A DNA stretch of 64,000 nt, from NCBI GenBank assembly GCA_012514745.1, contig JAAYZR010000006.1, positions 37,889-101,888 on the forward strand, read 5' to 3'. Shown here in pieces: positions 17,949 through 26,472 of the stretch. How positions within the stretch are numbered: the stretch's first letter is position 1; each line of letters starts with the position of its first letter. The position numbers were made by a program, and so were the translations under genes. The notes below the pieces were generated by a model that was given only the letters and a program-made list of their open reading frames with translations, did not search any database and had not been told where the DNA came from. Source of the stretch: Candidatus Undivivens industriae (lineage in GTDB: Bacteria; Omnitrophota; Gorgyraeia; Gygaellales; Profunditerraquicolaceae).

Positions 17949-19007
17949 TCAGCCGCGCTTCACCAGGCGGTACGTCTGACGGGCTATCATCAGTTCTTCG
18001 TTGGTCGGGACGACCAGCACGGCCGGTTTCTTGAGCATGGCGTCGAACGCGCCGCGGCATATTTCTTTGCGCACGTTAGCCTGGTTCTCGCCGATGCCCC
18101 CGGTGAAAACCAGCGCGTCGCAACCGCCCAGCACAGCGGTATAGGCGCCAATATATTTCTTCACCCTGTAACAGAACATCCTCACGGCCAAAGCTGAACG
18201 TTTATTGCCGGCCGCCGAAGCCTTATCCAGATCGCGCATATCGTTGCTTATACCGGAGACCCCCTTCAGCCCGCTTCTCTTGTTAAGGAGTTCTTCGATC
18301 TCCCCGGTATCCAGGCGCTTCTTGCGCATTATATAAGTGACCAGCGCCGGATCGATATCGCCGCACCTGGTCCCCATGAGCAGACCTTCCAGGGGCGTAA
18401 ATCCCATGCTGGTATCCACCGACCTGCCTTTGTCTATGGCCGCGATACTGCAGCCGTTACCGAGATGACAGGTAATGATCTTGAGAGAAGACAGTTTTCT
18501 GCCCAGCCTGGACGCCGCCTCCGCTGCTACGAACTCGTGGCTGGTTCCATGAAACCCGTATTTACGCACGCCGAATCTGGAGTAATATTCGTAAGGCAGT
18601 CCGTACATATAAGCGTGGTCCGGCATACTCTGATGGAAAGCGGTATCGAAGACCGCCGCCTGTTTCACTCCCGGAAGAAGCTTTTTGCAGGCGGTTATAC
18701 CGGAGAGATTGGCGGGATTATGCAACGGAGCGATGGCGCAGCATTTCTTTATCTTGGCGATCACGCCGTTATCCACCACCACCGGTTCACGAAAGCTTTC
18801 TCCGCCGTGCACTACCCTGTGGCCCACGGCATCCACCCCGGTGATCTCCGCCAGTATTTTTCTCAATCCGGAGAAATGATCCGGCACTTCGGATCCCCGC
18901 TCGCCTATATGCTCCACCACACCTTTTAACAGCGAATCCTCCGCGGGCATTAAGAACACCCTGTATTTAATCGAAGAACTGCCGCTGTTGATGACCAGGA
19001 TCTTCAC
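17949..19007 (-). CDS. ackA: Acetate kinase
   Basis: KILVINSGSSSIKY N-terminus and acetate/propionate kinase motifs. The likely GTG start at 19007 overlaps the pta stop (GTGA), with a GAGGG RBS. The ORF-track extension to 19082 is rejected. Confidence 0.85.
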   Translation of the reverse strand: MKILVINSGSSSIKYRVFLMPAEDSLLKGVVEHIGERGSEVPDHFSGLRKILAEITGVDAVGHRVVHGGESFREPVVVDNGVIAKIKKCCAIAPLHNPANLSGITACKKLLPGVKQAAVFDTAFHQSMPDHAYMYGLPYEYYSRFGVRKYGFHGTSHEFVAAEAASRLGRKLSSLKIITCHLGNGCSIAAIDKGRSVDTSMGFTPLEGLLMGTRCGDIDPALVTYIMRKKRLDTGEIEELLNKRSGLKGVSGISNDMRDLDKASAAGNKRSALAVRMFCYRVKKYIGAYTAVLGGCDALVFTGGIGENQANVRKEICRGAFDAMLKKPAVLVVPTNEELMIARQTYRLVKRG

Positions 19008-19933
19008 AGGGCCCTCACTGCGATGACAGCGGCGCAGTCCACAATATCCTCCGCGGAACAGCCGCGGGAAAGATCGCTGCACGGCTTCGACAACCCGAGC
19101 AGGATCGGGCCGAGAGCCCTGGCTTTGGCCAGGCGCTGGGTTAGCTTATACGAGATGTTGCCTGCGGAGAGATCGGGGAATATCAGAATGTTGGCTTTGC
19201 CGGCCATGGGATTGCCGGGAGACTTTATACGCGCCACTTCCGGAACGATCGCCGCGTCTACCTGAAGTTCTCCGTCGGCCTCCAGGCGCGGGGCTTTCTC
19301 TTTCAGTATTTTCAGCGCCTCCACCATCTTTTCCACCGATTTGCCTTTAGCGGACCCTTTTGTTGAATAACTAAGAAACGCCAGGCGCGGCGGCATATCC
19401 AGTATTTTGCTTCCCATCTCGGCAGCAGCCAGGGCTATGGAAGCCAGTTGCTGGGCGTCCGGGTCCGTAATGACGCCGCAGTCGGCATATATAAACAACC
19501 CGTTCTGCCCGTATTCGCAGTCCGGAACATCCATTATAAAACAACTACAGGCAAGCCCGATATGCTTATCCACTCCCAGACAAAGGATCGAGGCCCTGAC
19601 CATATCCGGGGTCGTGTGCACCGCCCCTGCGACGAACCCGTCGGCACATCCGGCCCTGGTATCCATGGCCGCATAATACAAGGGGTCCTCGAAAATCATA
19701 GCGGCCTCTTCTCTGGTCATTCCTTTGGCCTTGCGCAACTGAAAGAACTCTTCCGCGTATTTCTCCTTCTTCGCCTTGTCTATCCTGTCCGGGGTCAGGA
19801 GCACCGCGCGCGCAATGCCTTCCCTGTTGAGTATTTCCGCCGCTTCCTGCGTGCGCTTGTCGCCGAATTCCGGCAGTAGTATGAGTTTCCCCGAAGCCTT
19901 AGCCTTTTCGCGTATCCTCAAGATGGAGTTCAT
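19004..19933 (-). CDS. pta: Phosphate acetyltransferase, catalytic domain only (short form)
   Basis: 309 aa Pta/Ptb-family catalytic domain, immediately upstream of ackA. Confidence 0.8.
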   Translation of the reverse strand: MNSILRIREKAKASGKLILLPEFGDKRTQEAAEILNREGIARAVLLTPDRIDKAKKEKYAEEFFQLRKAKGMTREEAAMIFEDPLYYAAMDTRAGCADGFVAGAVHTTPDMVRASILCLGVDKHIGLACSCFIMDVPDCEYGQNGLFIYADCGVITDPDAQQLASIALAAAEMGSKILDMPPRLAFLSYSTKGSAKGKSVEKMVEALKILKEKAPRLEADGELQVDAAIVPEVARIKSPGNPMAGKANILIFPDLSAGNISYKLTQRLAKARALGPILLGLSKPCSDLSRGCSAEDIVDCAAVIAVRAL

Positions 19934-19935
19934 TT

Positions 19936-21024
19936 CTACATTCCTTTCAATATACCTTCCATATCCACGTGGTCTTTTATCAGTTTGACCACTTCCTGAA
20001 TCTTATGCTTGTCGCGCGGGCGTATCTTTACCGTCATATCGTGGATACGCGAGGCGACATTATAGGTGTCGGTTTTTGCCAGCAGAACCGGTATCCGCGC
20101 CCTGGAAAGCAGTTCCATAATGGACGGGTCGGGAATGATCCCTCCGGAAAGAATGATCCCGGAAATGCGCAGTTTGTCCTTCTCACCTTCACGGACGCAG
20201 CCAAGCGCGGTCATTATCACGTCTTCCCTGTCCCCGGAAGTTATGAGCAGACTATCATCATCGAGATAACGAATTATATTCCGGGGCGTCATTGTCCCGA
20301 CGATAATCTTGCGTATGTATACCTCGATGAATTCCCTGCCGCAGAGCAGTTCGAAGTCGTTCTCTTCCAGTATCTGCTCTATACTGGGGTATGACAACGA
20401 CGGTTCGTAAGGCAACACCCCGAGGACCTTTATCCCTTTGCGTTCAAGCCCCTTTTTGACCAGGGCTTTCACTTTGTCAAGTTTTTCCGGCAGGACCTTG
20501 TTGATTATGACCCCGAGGACCTTGACTCCTTCCTTGTCGAAGAGCGCTTTGTTCAGGACTATCTCGTCTATCGGCCTTCCCACCCCGCCGGAAGAGATAA
20601 TTACCGCCTTGGAACCCAGCATCTTCGCCACCGCGGCGTTGGAATGATCGAAGACCGAACCGACTCCGGCGTGCCCGGTACCTTCTATGATCACCAAGTC
20701 CCTGCTTTTAGAGACCCTGCGAAAGGCGTCCTTGATCCTGCGCGATATCGCGGCGGCGCCCGGCCTTACGATGTAGTTCTCGGTGAAACCCCGCTCCACC
20801 GCTATCGGGCTCATATCCTTTATTCCGCCTTTTATGCCGCATACCTCCTCCAGGAGAAGAGAATCTTCGTCGAACTTAAGACCGTCCTCCTCGAGATAAC
20901 GCTGCCCTATAGGCTTGATGAAACCAACGCCCTTGAACCTGCGCTGAAAATTACAAACAAGGCCCAGGCTGACCGTAGTCTTTCCGTCATTTTGCTGCGT
21001 GGCGGCAATAAATATTTTCTTCAT
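19936..21024 (-). CDS. Standalone Pta N-terminal-domain-like protein (BioD-like P-loop NTPase plus DRTGG domain)
   Basis: MKKIFIAATQQNDGKTTVSLGL P-loop and DRTGG-like region (LLITSGDRED). Corresponds to the N-terminal ~350 aa of long Pta enzymes but is a separate gene here. 2-nt gap to pta. Confidence 0.6.
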   Translation of the reverse strand: MKKIFIAATQQNDGKTTVSLGLVCNFQRRFKGVGFIKPIGQRYLEEDGLKFDEDSLLLEEVCGIKGGIKDMSPIAVERGFTENYIVRPGAAAISRRIKDAFRRVSKSRDLVIIEGTGHAGVGSVFDHSNAAVAKMLGSKAVIISSGGVGRPIDEIVLNKALFDKEGVKVLGVIINKVLPEKLDKVKALVKKGLERKGIKVLGVLPYEPSLSYPSIEQILEENDFELLCGREFIEVYIRKIIVGTMTPRNIIRYLDDDSLLITSGDREDVIMTALGCVREGEKDKLRISGIILSGGIIPDPSIMELLSRARIPVLLAKTDTYNVASRIHDMTVKIRPRDKHKIQEVVKLIKDHVDMEGILKGM

Positions 21025-21040
21025 AAATTCCGTGAATTCC

Positions 21041-21117
21041 GGAGACACGATGCTCGTAAAGTATCATGTCTCCGCCGTAATTCCGGGGACAGGATACTCG
21101 TAAAGTATCGTGTCCCC
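21041..21117. repeat. Two tandem 33-nt imperfect palindromes (GGAGACACGATGC-TCGTAAA-GTATCATGTCTCC and GGGGACAGGATAC-TCGTAAA-GTATCGTGTCCCC) between trxA and the pta-ack genes
   Basis: Each has a 13-bp stem with one mismatch and an identical 7-nt loop. The half-sites resemble the 20-nt dispersed repeat (GGGGACACAATAC). No U-tract follows. Confidence 0.6.
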
Positions 21118-21129
21118 GCCACACCAGAA

Positions 21130-21444
21130 TTAGCGAAGCAACCCTTCGATCTTGCGCTTGAGCTCGCTCTTTCCAAGAGCCCCCACGGCCTGGTCCATCA
21201 CCTGCCCGTTCCGGAAAAACATCAGGGTGGGAATGGACATTATGCCGTACTTAGTCGGCGTGCGGGAGTTATCGTCTATGTTCATCTTTACGAATTTCAC
21301 CCGTCCGGCAAACTCTTTCTCCAGTTCGTCTATGACCGGAGAGAGCATCTTACAGGGGCCGCACCACGGCGCCCAGAAATCCACGATCACCGGCAAAAGG
21401 GATTTAAACACTTCATTCTCAAAAGCGTCATCGTTGATATTCAC
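21130..21444 (-). CDS. trxA: Thioredoxin
   Basis: 104 aa, WAPWCGPCK active site. Confidence 0.9.
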   Translation of the reverse strand: MNINDDAFENEVFKSLLPVIVDFWAPWCGPCKMLSPVIDELEKEFAGRVKFVKMNIDDNSRTPTKYGIMSIPTLMFFRNGQVMDQAVGALGKSELKRKIEGLLR

Positions 21445-21538
21445 GAGAAGGTCTCCTTCAATAGGGTTAAAAAGGGGAAATAAACCAAGGATAGAACCGC
21501 GCCTTAGGACGAAACTGCGGGAGAGGCTCTATGGCGGT

Positions 21539-21567
21539 AAAATACCATAAATCACGGTTTTTTTCAA
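21539..21567 (-). promoter_or_regulatory. Candidate sigma70 promoter for trxA and the downstream string (TTGAAA-17nt-TATTTT with TGn)
   Basis: The minus strand reads TTGAAAAAAACCGTGATTTATGGTATTTT. The -35 overlaps the pilQ stop codon. Confidence 0.35.
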
Positions 21568-23123
21568 GTTTTTTGTCCGGCTTTCCTGGCTTTCCCGGCG
21601 GGAATACGCGCCGGCAGAGGCACGGTCAGCGTAAACCTTGAATCGAAACCTTTTATGCCGCGCGCCGCGGAAGAAATACCGTTATCCACCAGATGCGGCG
21701 TCAACAGCACTACCAGCTCTTTTCGGATATGCTCTCTCGAGGTGCTCCGGAAAAGGGCTCCCAAAAAAGGGATATCGCCAAGCAGGGGGATCTTCCTAAG
21801 CGTGGAGGATTCCTCCTCTCTGTTCAGGCCGGCGATAAGCAGGGTCACGCCGTCCTTCAGCATCACGGTGGTCTCGGTCTCCGAAGTGCTTACAACCGGG
21901 ACCTGCGTCACTTTGCCCTCGGATATGATATCTTCCCGGCGGGAAGAACTTACTTCCGGGTGTATGCGCATTCTCACGCAGCCGTCGCCGTTCACGAAAG
22001 GCGTGACGAAAAGCTTTATCCCGACATCGATGAAATTCACGCTCTGGGCGGATATGCTGTCATCGCTCTCCAGCACGGATATGGAAGAAGTTATATAAGC
22101 GTCTTTAGTGCCGACCATGATCTTGGCTTCTTCGTTATTGAGGACCATTATGCGCGGGCTTGAAAGTATGCGCACCCGGCCAACGGTCCGAAGCATGTCT
22201 ATGACCGCTTTGTACTGGCCGGGTTCCTGCGGCGTGATCTGAGGCGTGCCGATCAGCAGACGGTCTGCCGCGCCCAGCGGGAGCTGGCCGCTGACGCGGA
22301 AATGCTTGTTGATCCAGTAATCCCAATCCACACCCATTTCGAACTTTTCTTCCGGGCTGATCTCTATTATCTGGGCGTCTATCAGCACCTGGCGCGGTTT
22401 TTCGTCGAACGCCGATACCAGCGCCGCGATCTCAGTGAGGCGGCGCGGATAATCTGTTACCGCGATCTTGTTGCTCTCCTCGTCCACGCGCAGCGACCCG
22501 CAGCCTGAAGTCAGCCTGTCCTGCAGCTTGGGAGCGAGTTTGGCGGCGCGCGCGAAACGCAGGGAAAATACCCTGGTCTCCGTGCCCGGGACATCGGCCT
22601 GCCGCAGATACTCCAGCATCTGGTCAAGCCTGGGCCGGTCGTCGATAATCATCAGCACATTCGAAAGATTGTCCGCTATCACCCTGCCCTGGGGGGATTT
22701 GATCTGTAGAAGCTGCTCCGCGAGGCTCCTGGCGGAGGCGTACTTCAATTTCACAGTCGCCCGCTCCAGACCGGAATTATACCTTTCACCGTGCAGGGCT
22801 TCGTATTCCCTCTGGGTGAACACGCGGTATATCCCGCCCCTGCGTTCACAGGCGAGATCATTGGACATCAATATCAACTCGAAAGCCGCCTCCGGTTCGA
22901 CATCTCTGACGAAAAGGGTCGTCTTGCCGCGGACACCGTTGCCGATAACTATGTTCATCCCCGCCTTTGACGCCACTTCCCGCAAGGCAGCCGTGATATC
23001 GGCATCGTTCATTTCCAGCGTGATCGGCCCTTCGCCTGCGGCCTGCGCGGCAACGCCGGTAATTCCGGAGGCGCAAAGACAAACGGCCAGCTGGACGCCG
23101 CAGATCTTAAAAAGAAATCTCAT
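21564..23123 (-). CDS. pilQ: Type IV pilus / type II secretion family secretin (short PilQ-like, no AMIN domains)
   Basis: 519 aa, signal peptide, N0/N1-like region and C-terminal secretin domain (VTPFVNGDG...VMLKDGVTLLIAGL). Confidence 0.8.
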   Translation of the reverse strand: MRFLFKICGVQLAVCLCASGITGVAAQAAGEGPITLEMNDADITAALREVASKAGMNIVIGNGVRGKTTLFVRDVEPEAAFELILMSNDLACERRGGIYRVFTQREYEALHGERYNSGLERATVKLKYASARSLAEQLLQIKSPQGRVIADNLSNVLMIIDDRPRLDQMLEYLRQADVPGTETRVFSLRFARAAKLAPKLQDRLTSGCGSLRVDEESNKIAVTDYPRRLTEIAALVSAFDEKPRQVLIDAQIIEISPEEKFEMGVDWDYWINKHFRVSGQLPLGAADRLLIGTPQITPQEPGQYKAVIDMLRTVGRVRILSSPRIMVLNNEEAKIMVGTKDAYITSSISVLESDDSISAQSVNFIDVGIKLFVTPFVNGDGCVRMRIHPEVSSSRREDIISEGKVTQVPVVSTSETETTVMLKDGVTLLIAGLNREEESSTLRKIPLLGDIPFLGALFRSTSREHIRKELVVLLTPHLVDNGISSAARGIKGFDSRFTLTVPLPARIPAGKARKAGQKT

Positions 23124-23955
23124 ATAGCTTATCCCCTTTTGTCAGAATGACTCCGCCTTTCATAACACGCTCAAGCCTGAAACCGTTGATCTGCTGGCCG
23201 GGATAAAGGCGGATCTCTCTGCCTGACGATGTATCCTGCAGAAAAGCCGCCGGACCGGCGCCCAGGATTACTCCGGTAAGTTTCAAAGTCCCGTCTCCTG
23301 CATCCTCTGCGCCGCCGTCGGATGGAAACGGCTCTGTCCCGGTTTCCCGGAGTTTTCCGAACAGGCGGCCTTCTCCGATCTTTGCCCTTTTGTCCGCCGC
23401 GGGGACGGGCCGCGAGAAAAGCTCAACCGCTTTCGACGGATCGCTGCCGGCATTAAGCGGCAGGTCCAGCGCCGAGGAAACGACGAACCTCGCCTTGAGC
23501 AGGTCTTCTCCGAGCGGCAATACATCTATACGCGCCTTGTGGATCGTAAAGATATAGAGAGAAGTTTCCAGCGCGGATACAAACGACATCACTCCGTGCT
23601 CACTACCGGTTATTTCCGTTTCGAGGACAACCTTCCCGGGGCCGGCCGGGGAAACGCCGGCGCGCAGAGAAACCAGCTTGACGCCGCAGCCGGCGGTAAG
23701 GCTCTCGATCTCTCCTGCGGCGGACGCGGCATAAGAACGCACGCCTCCCCCGGCGGAAAAAGAAGGAGCAATGTCTTTTACGGAGAGCAATGAGTTCAAA
23801 GCGGCGCATCTTTTCCGGGCATCGGAAAGTGCCTGTTTTGCCGCGGTATAACCGCGGAAGAAATGACGAACGCATACCGCCGATAGAAGAACGGCGGCAG
23901 CGCATAAGGCAAAACACGCGTTCCTGGCCGCGGACGATATTGTCATTTGACCCAT
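23107..23955 (-). CDS. PilO-like/PilP-like fusion protein (pilus alignment subcomplex)
   Basis: 282 aa. N-terminal TM helix, a central region resembling PilO, and a C-terminus (LKLTGVILGAGPAAFLQDTSSGREIRLYPGQQINGFRLERV) resembling the PilP beta-domain. Confidence 0.45.
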   Translation of the reverse strand: MGQMTISSAARNACFALCAAAVLLSAVCVRHFFRGYTAAKQALSDARKRCAALNSLLSVKDIAPSFSAGGGVRSYAASAAGEIESLTAGCGVKLVSLRAGVSPAGPGKVVLETEITGSEHGVMSFVSALETSLYIFTIHKARIDVLPLGEDLLKARFVVSSALDLPLNAGSDPSKAVELFSRPVPAADKRAKIGEGRLFGKLRETGTEPFPSDGGAEDAGDGTLKLTGVILGAGPAAFLQDTSSGREIRLYPGQQINGFRLERVMKGGVILTKGDKLYEISF

Positions 23956-25385
23956 TCTCCCCTGAAGATTATTGTCCCCTCCGCGGCGGAACGCTCCATC
24001 CGCAATTCCCCGGGTTTCCAGGAGAGGAACACCGGGTTACGGGCGACTGCGGGCATGAATTCTTTCAGCGAATCCCACCCCTCCTGGCGTCCCTGAATGA
24101 CGAGCCTTTGCCCTCTTTCATAAACGAGACCGTTGAGCACTATGCCGTTATTCCCTGCGGCCTCGCGTATGCCCGATAACCGCCCGAAAAGGGTTTCTTC
24201 CTGCGACAGATCCCGTTCCCGCAAACGGAACACCCTGTTCCCGGCTCTTAAGATGGGAAGAGCGGCCTTCTCCATCCTACCCAGCGGGCCGGCGAAAACG
24301 CGCGTTTTTCTCCTTTCCGCGCCGGTCAGATAGCCTAAATACGCAGAAACAGCCGAAGTCAGAAGCGCGATTGCGGCGATGAAACAGGCGGCGCGGCGCT
24401 TCAAGATGCCTTCCGATCTCCGGGCTTTTATTTCAGGCAGGGAAAAATCTCCGCCGTGATCACGGCGTTCCCGTTCCGCATTAAGGCTCAAGCCGATAAG
24501 CGGGACGTAAAAAATCCCGTTCCCATTCCTTACTCCCGCGCCTCCCCGGCCGCGTATCCCGGCGAACACGCCCCCACAGGAAACAACATCCACATTTACT
24601 CCAATAAGGCCGGAAAGTTTCGCGGCCGTTTCGGCCGCGACGGACCGTCCGGGCCGGGTCAACAGGCATATCTCCCCGACCGGAGTTTCATCCACCTCTC
24701 TTGAATAATAATCAAGTACCGCCCTAGTTTCGGCGGCGAGGATACCGAAATAATTGCCGGAAGCCGGCACGCTGAAACTGCGCGCGTAAACTTGCGCGCC
24801 GTCATTCAGAAGGACCGCATCCCAGGAATGCCGGTAGGGGACCAATACCAGGGACAGCCCCTGCCTCCTGCCGCGGATCTCCCGAAAAATACCGGAGATA
24901 CCTTGCGTGGAAAGATGGAAATATATATTGTCCGCAGGAAAAAAACCGAAAAGCCGGCAGTATCTTGATATCTCGCCCCGGCTTGCCGCCATGAGGCTGA
25001 CCAGCGCGCCGGAATTCCCGTCCCTGCTTATTATCTCGCAGACGGAAACCACCTCTTCCTCGGGAAGTAACATCAATCTTCCGGCGTGTAAACGGCAGGC
25101 CTGCTCTATTTCGCCGGAAGAATTAGAAGGGATCCTAAGATGTTTCCAGGTTACGCGGTTCCTGGGCACAGAGACTATCAGGCATTCGGGGACGATCGGC
25201 ACCAGTTTATTTAATGCGGATTGGATGTCGCGGGAGAGTTCGGTATCGCTGGCGCGTATAGGCAGGTGTTTCTCGGCCAGCAGGCATAAAGCTCTCTTCC
25301 GGCTCCTGCGGCGCGAGAGGCCGGCGATTCTTAAACAGGAGTCTTCCAACTGGCAAACAAGGATCCCGGCTGTTCTTTTTCTCAA
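23943..25385 (-). CDS. pilM: PilM-like actin-fold ATPase fused to a PilN-like TM/periplasmic segment
   Basis: 480 aa. The PilM-like N-terminal ~340 aa is followed by a hydrophobic helix (ACFIAAIALLTSAVSAYLGYL) and a ~110-aa periplasmic tail. Confidence 0.55.
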   Translation of the reverse strand: MRKRTAGILVCQLEDSCLRIAGLSRRRSRKRALCLLAEKHLPIRASDTELSRDIQSALNKLVPIVPECLIVSVPRNRVTWKHLRIPSNSSGEIEQACRLHAGRLMLLPEEEVVSVCEIISRDGNSGALVSLMAASRGEISRYCRLFGFFPADNIYFHLSTQGISGIFREIRGRRQGLSLVLVPYRHSWDAVLLNDGAQVYARSFSVPASGNYFGILAAETRAVLDYYSREVDETPVGEICLLTRPGRSVAAETAAKLSGLIGVNVDVVSCGGVFAGIRGRGGAGVRNGNGIFYVPLIGLSLNAERERRDHGGDFSLPEIKARRSEGILKRRAACFIAAIALLTSAVSAYLGYLTGAERRKTRVFAGPLGRMEKAALPILRAGNRVFRLRERDLSQEETLFGRLSGIREAAGNNGIVLNGLVYERGQRLVIQGRQEGWDSLKEFMPAVARNPVFLSWKPGELRMERSAAEGTIIFRGEWVK

Positions 25386-25439
25386 TCGTCGGTCTTGGGG
25401 TTGAAAAGATTTGAACCGGCGCAGGTCAGACCAGGATGT

Positions 25440-25676
25440 CTATGCCAAGATGGAACAGATGACGTCCCCCACGGAAACGGTATCTCCGCAGGAAACCTTC
25501 AATTCGCCTATCCTGCCGGAACAGGGAGACGGGACGTTGAAAGCCGCTTTGTCCGCGGTGAGCTCGAATAAATCGGCGTCCTGTTTCACCGTATCTCCGG
25601 GTTCGCAATAAATGAACGTCACCCTGGCCTTTTCTATACCCGCGCCCAGGTACGGAACTTTTACCTCTATGTTCAT
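25440..25676 (-). CDS. Standalone lipoyl-attachment domain protein (78 aa, lipoyl-lysine motif ELTADKA)
   Basis: Single biotin/lipoyl hybrid-barrel domain with the DKA lipoylation motif rather than biotinyl (A/E)MKM. The start overlaps the lipB stop by 4 nt. Confidence 0.6.
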   Translation of the reverse strand: MNIEVKVPYLGAGIEKARVTFIYCEPGDTVKQDADLFELTADKAAFNVPSPCSGRIGELKVSCGDTVSVGDVICSILA

Positions 25677-26347
25677 CTTTTGTTCTCCTCTATCCGTATG
25701 CCCCGCGGCCAGAAAACCTTAAGAAACGATTTTTTCATTTCCTCCAGAAGATCGGAATAAGCTAATTCCCGCGCGCGCGGCGCTTCCTCCTCAAGGCAGG
25801 TCATCTTTATGTCCATCCCGCACGGTCTGATCAGCGAATACGGCTGCATGTCGGCACTGCGTATGTTAACCGACAAACCGTGAAAAGAAACCCAGCGGCT
25901 GAAAGCCACGCCGATAGAACATATCTTACGGTTATCGGTCCATACGCCCGGTAACCCCTCTCTGCGGGAAGCGGCAATTCCGAAACTTCCCAGGAAACCA
26001 AGCACACATTCTTCCAATCTGCCGAGGAACCGGCCTATATCCCTGCCCAGGCAGGCGAGATTACAAACTGGATACACGGTGATCTGCCCGGGGCCGTGAT
26101 AAGATACGCCTCCGCCCCGGTTGACATAACGCAGATCTATGTTCTTTTCTTTTAAAATGCGGGGGTCCGCCAGGATGTCCGAGGCGCGGTGAGATGTCCC
26201 GCAGGTAATCACGGGGTGATGTGAGCAAAAGATGAGGAAATGCAATCCGGGATTGCCGGCGGCTTCGGCCAGGCATTCCTTTTGAACCCGCAGGGCGGCG
26301 TCGAAAGATGTCCGGCCGAGATCGATAACCCTCAGCACTTCTTCCAT
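25673..26347 (-). CDS. lipB: Octanoyltransferase (lipoyl(octanoyl) transferase)
   Basis: 224 aa, BPL/LPL catalytic domain with RGGGVSYHGPGQ motif. Confidence 0.8.
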   Translation of the reverse strand: MEEVLRVIDLGRTSFDAALRVQKECLAEAAGNPGLHFLIFCSHHPVITCGTSHRASDILADPRILKEKNIDLRYVNRGGGVSYHGPGQITVYPVCNLACLGRDIGRFLGRLEECVLGFLGSFGIAASRREGLPGVWTDNRKICSIGVAFSRWVSFHGLSVNIRSADMQPYSLIRPCGMDIKMTCLEEEAPRARELAYSDLLEEMKKSFLKVFWPRGIRIEENKR

Positions 26348-26472
26348 AAAGAACTCCGCCTTAGAGTAATGAGTTTACGGAGTAGAGCCTCCCTCGAAAT
26401 GAAAGTAAAGACTCTTATGCGAAAAATACAAATCCGGCTGTATGATCGCTCCGGCGGCCGGCGGAGGAGTTA

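Noticed and set aside
26348-26472. Possible terminator after mdh (GC-rich palindrome CTCCGCCGGCCGCCGGAG followed by TTTGTATTTTTCG)
   Set aside because: The stem is imperfect and separated from the T-run. It could not be resolved into a convincing hairpin by eye, so it is not reported as a feature.
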